From an uncultured Actinomycetota bacterium (GTDB taxonomy: Bacteria > Actinomycetota > Actinomycetes > Mycobacteriales > Mycobacteriaceae): 64,000 nt of DNA. The translations under genes and the position numbers were made by a program. Below, piece after piece: positions 62,176-64,000 of this stretch (its first letter is position 1; every line of letters begins with the position of its first letter). The stretch lies in the NCBI GenBank assembly GCA_963797865.1, contig CAWCRJ010000008.1, forward strand, positions 24,778 through 88,777. Reading direction: 5' to 3'. Below the pieces are notes generated by a model, which saw only the letters and a list, made by a program, of their open reading frames with translations, was not told the DNA's origin and did no database searches.

Positions 62176-63774
62176 ATGGACAACGTGGTGACCTCGCCCG
62201 CCAAGGCCGAGGAGTCGTTCTTCGATGAGCACCGCCGGCTGGTGGTCGAGTTGAACGCCAAGCTGGCGGCGGCGGCGTTGGGCGGAAACGAGCGCGCCCG
62301 GGAGCGTCACGTCAGCCGCGGCAAATTGTTGCCCCGCGAACGGGTGGACCGCCTACTCGACCCGGGCAGCCCGTTTTTGGAGCTTTCACCGCTGGCCGCG
62401 GACGGCATGTACGGCGACGAGTCTCCGGGAGCCGGGATCATCACCGGCATCGGCCGCGTGTCGGACCGCGAGTGCGTGATCGTCGCCAACGACGCGACGG
62501 TCAAGGGCGGCACCTACTACCCGATGACGGTCAAAAAGCATCTGCGCGCCCAAGAGGTGGCGCTGCAGAATCGGCTGCCGTGCATCTACCTGGTGGACTC
62601 AGGGGGCGCGTTTTTGCCGCGGCAAGACGAGGTCTTCCCGGACCGCGAGCATTTCGGTCGCATCTTCTACAACCAGGCGACCATGAGCGCCAAGGAAATT
62701 CCGCAGGTTGCGGCGGTGCTCGGTTCGTGCACGGCCGGCGGCGCCTACGTGCCGGCGATGAGCGACGAGGCCGTCATCGTCCGCGAGCAGGGCACGATCT
62801 TCTTGGGTGGTCCGCCCTTGGTCAAGGCGGCGACCGGGGAGATCGTGTCGGCCGAGGACCTGGGCGGCGGCGACCTGCATTCCCGGGTTTCCGGTGTCAC
62901 CGACCATCTCGCCGAAGACGACGAGCACGCCCTGCGGATCGTCCGCGCGATCGCGGCCACCTTCGGCCCGCGCGAGGCCAGCCCGTGGGACGTGCGATCC
63001 CCGCTCCCGCCCACGTGCGCACAGACGGAGCTCTACGACGTGGTGCCGCCCGACCCGCGGGTGCCCTACGACGTGCACGAGGTCATCGTGCGGCTGGTCG
63101 ACGGCGGCGAATTCAGCGAATTCAAGGCCAATTACGGCAAGACGCTGGTGACCGCATTCGCCCACATTCACGGCCACCCGGTCGGCATCGTGGCCAACAA
63201 TGGCGTTCTCTTCAGCGAATCCGCCTTGAAGGGGGCTCATTTCATCGAGTTGTGCGATAAGCGCAAGATACCGCTGCTGTTTCTGCAGAACATCGCCGGA
63301 TTCATGGTCGGCCGCGACTACGAGGCCGGCGGCATCGCCAAGCATGGCGCCAAGATGGTCACCGCCGTCGCCTGCGCGCGGGTACCCAAACTGACCGTCG
63401 TGATCGGTGGATCCTATGGGGCGGGCAACTATTCGATGTGCGGCCGGGCGTACTCGCCACGCTTCCTGTGGATGTGGCCGAACGCCCGGATCTCGGTGAT
63501 GGGCGGCGAACAGGCGGCATCGGTGCTGGCCACCGTGCGCGGCGAGCAACTCGCCGGCGCAGGCAAACCGTGGTCGGCCGACGAGGAAGAGACGTTCAAG
63601 GCCCCCATTCGCGAACAGTACGAAAGCCAGGGCAACCCCTATTACTCCACGGCCCGGCTGTGGGACGACGGGATCATCGACCCCGCAGACACCAGAACAT
63701 TTGTCGGGCTGGCTCTTTCGGTGTGCGCCCAGGCACCGCTGGAACCAGTCTCCTACGGCGTCTTTCGGATGTGA
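62176..63774 (+). CDS. accD1: Methylcrotonyl-CoA-type carboxylase beta subunit
   Basis: [35 protein letters not shown]; start is 62176 or 62188. Confidence 0.95.
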   Translation: MDNVVTSPAKAEESFFDEHRRLVVELNAKLAAAALGGNERARERHVSRGKLLPRERVDRLLDPGSPFLELSPLAADGMYGDESPGAGIITGIGRVSDRECVIVANDATVKGGTYYPMTVKKHLRAQEVALQNRLPCIYLVDSGGAFLPRQDEVFPDREHFGRIFYNQATMSAKEIPQVAAVLGSCTAGGAYVPAMSDEAVIVREQGTIFLGGPPLVKAATGEIVSAEDLGGGDLHSRVSGVTDHLAEDDEHALRIVRAIAATFGPREASPWDVRSPLPPTCAQTELYDVVPPDPRVPYDVHEVIVRLVDGGEFSEFKANYGKTLVTAFAHIHGHPVGIVANNGVLFSESALKGAHFIELCDKRKIPLLFLQNIAGFMVGRDYEAGGIAKHGAKMVTAVACARVPKLTVVIGGSYGAGNYSMCGRAYSPRFLWMWPNARISVMGGEQAASVLATVRGEQLAGAGKPWSADEEETFKAPIREQYESQGNPYYSTARLWDDGIIDPADTRTFVGLALSVCAQAPLEPVSYGVFRM

Positions 63775-63779
63775 GTGCA

Positions 63780-64000
63780 GTGTTCGAGACCGTTCTAGTG
63801 GCCAACCGCGGCGAGATCGCAGTGCGGGTGATCCGAACTTTGCGCCGGCTGGGTATCCGCTCGGTCGCCGTCTATAGCGATCCCGACGATGGCGCGCGGC
63901 ACGTGCTCGAAGCCGACGAAGCGGTGCGGCTGGGACCCGCCGCGGCACGCGAGAGTTACCTGAACATCGACAAGGTCGTCGAGGCGGCCGTGCGCACTGG
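63780..64000 (+). CDS. accA1: Biotin carboxylase alpha subunit, 5' part (runs off window)
   Basis: [36 protein letters not shown]. Confidence 0.93.
   Translation, partial: MFETVLVANRGEIAVRVIRTLRRLGIRSVAVYSDPDDGARHVLEADEAVRLGPAAARESYLNIDKVVEAAVRT

Overview
High-GC Mycobacterium chromosome, probably a slow-growing M. avium-complex-like species (inferred from gene content, not proven). Three parts. (1) About 1.8-8.8 kb: a putative SigF general-stress island with an Rv1364c-like PAS-PP2C-HATPase-STAS regulator, a cytochrome-b/molybdopterin oxidoreductase, a Zn-finger protein, a soluble pyruvoyl decarboxylase and DUF421; SigF-type promoters sit at 4111 and 6955. (2) About 8.8-33.6 kb: an accessory lipid/steroid/terpenoid-type catabolic island. 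It encodes two alpha/beta acyl-CoA dehydrogenase pairs, two CoA ligases, a fused CoA-transferase, a P450 with ferredoxin, two Rieske oxygenases, a MaoC pair, ALDH and an AttH/CrtC-like enzyme, plus TetR-thioesterase, GntR and MerR regulators. Four divergent promoter regions in its core share a CTAA(C/A)ATAG motif. (3) About 33.7-64 kb: conserved core block syntenic with M. tuberculosis Rv2525c-fas-acpS-Rv2522c-bcp-Rv2520c-tRNA-Lys-ldtB-tRNA-His-orn-Rv2510c-cmrA-Rv2508c-Rv2507-bkaR-accD1-accA1, with extra P450, eis-like, mmpL and DMT genes. About 12 single-base frameshifts, one in cmrA, suggest sequencing/assembly indels rather than general decay. No CRISPR array, rRNA or transposase was seen. 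All family calls come from motif recognition, not database searches.
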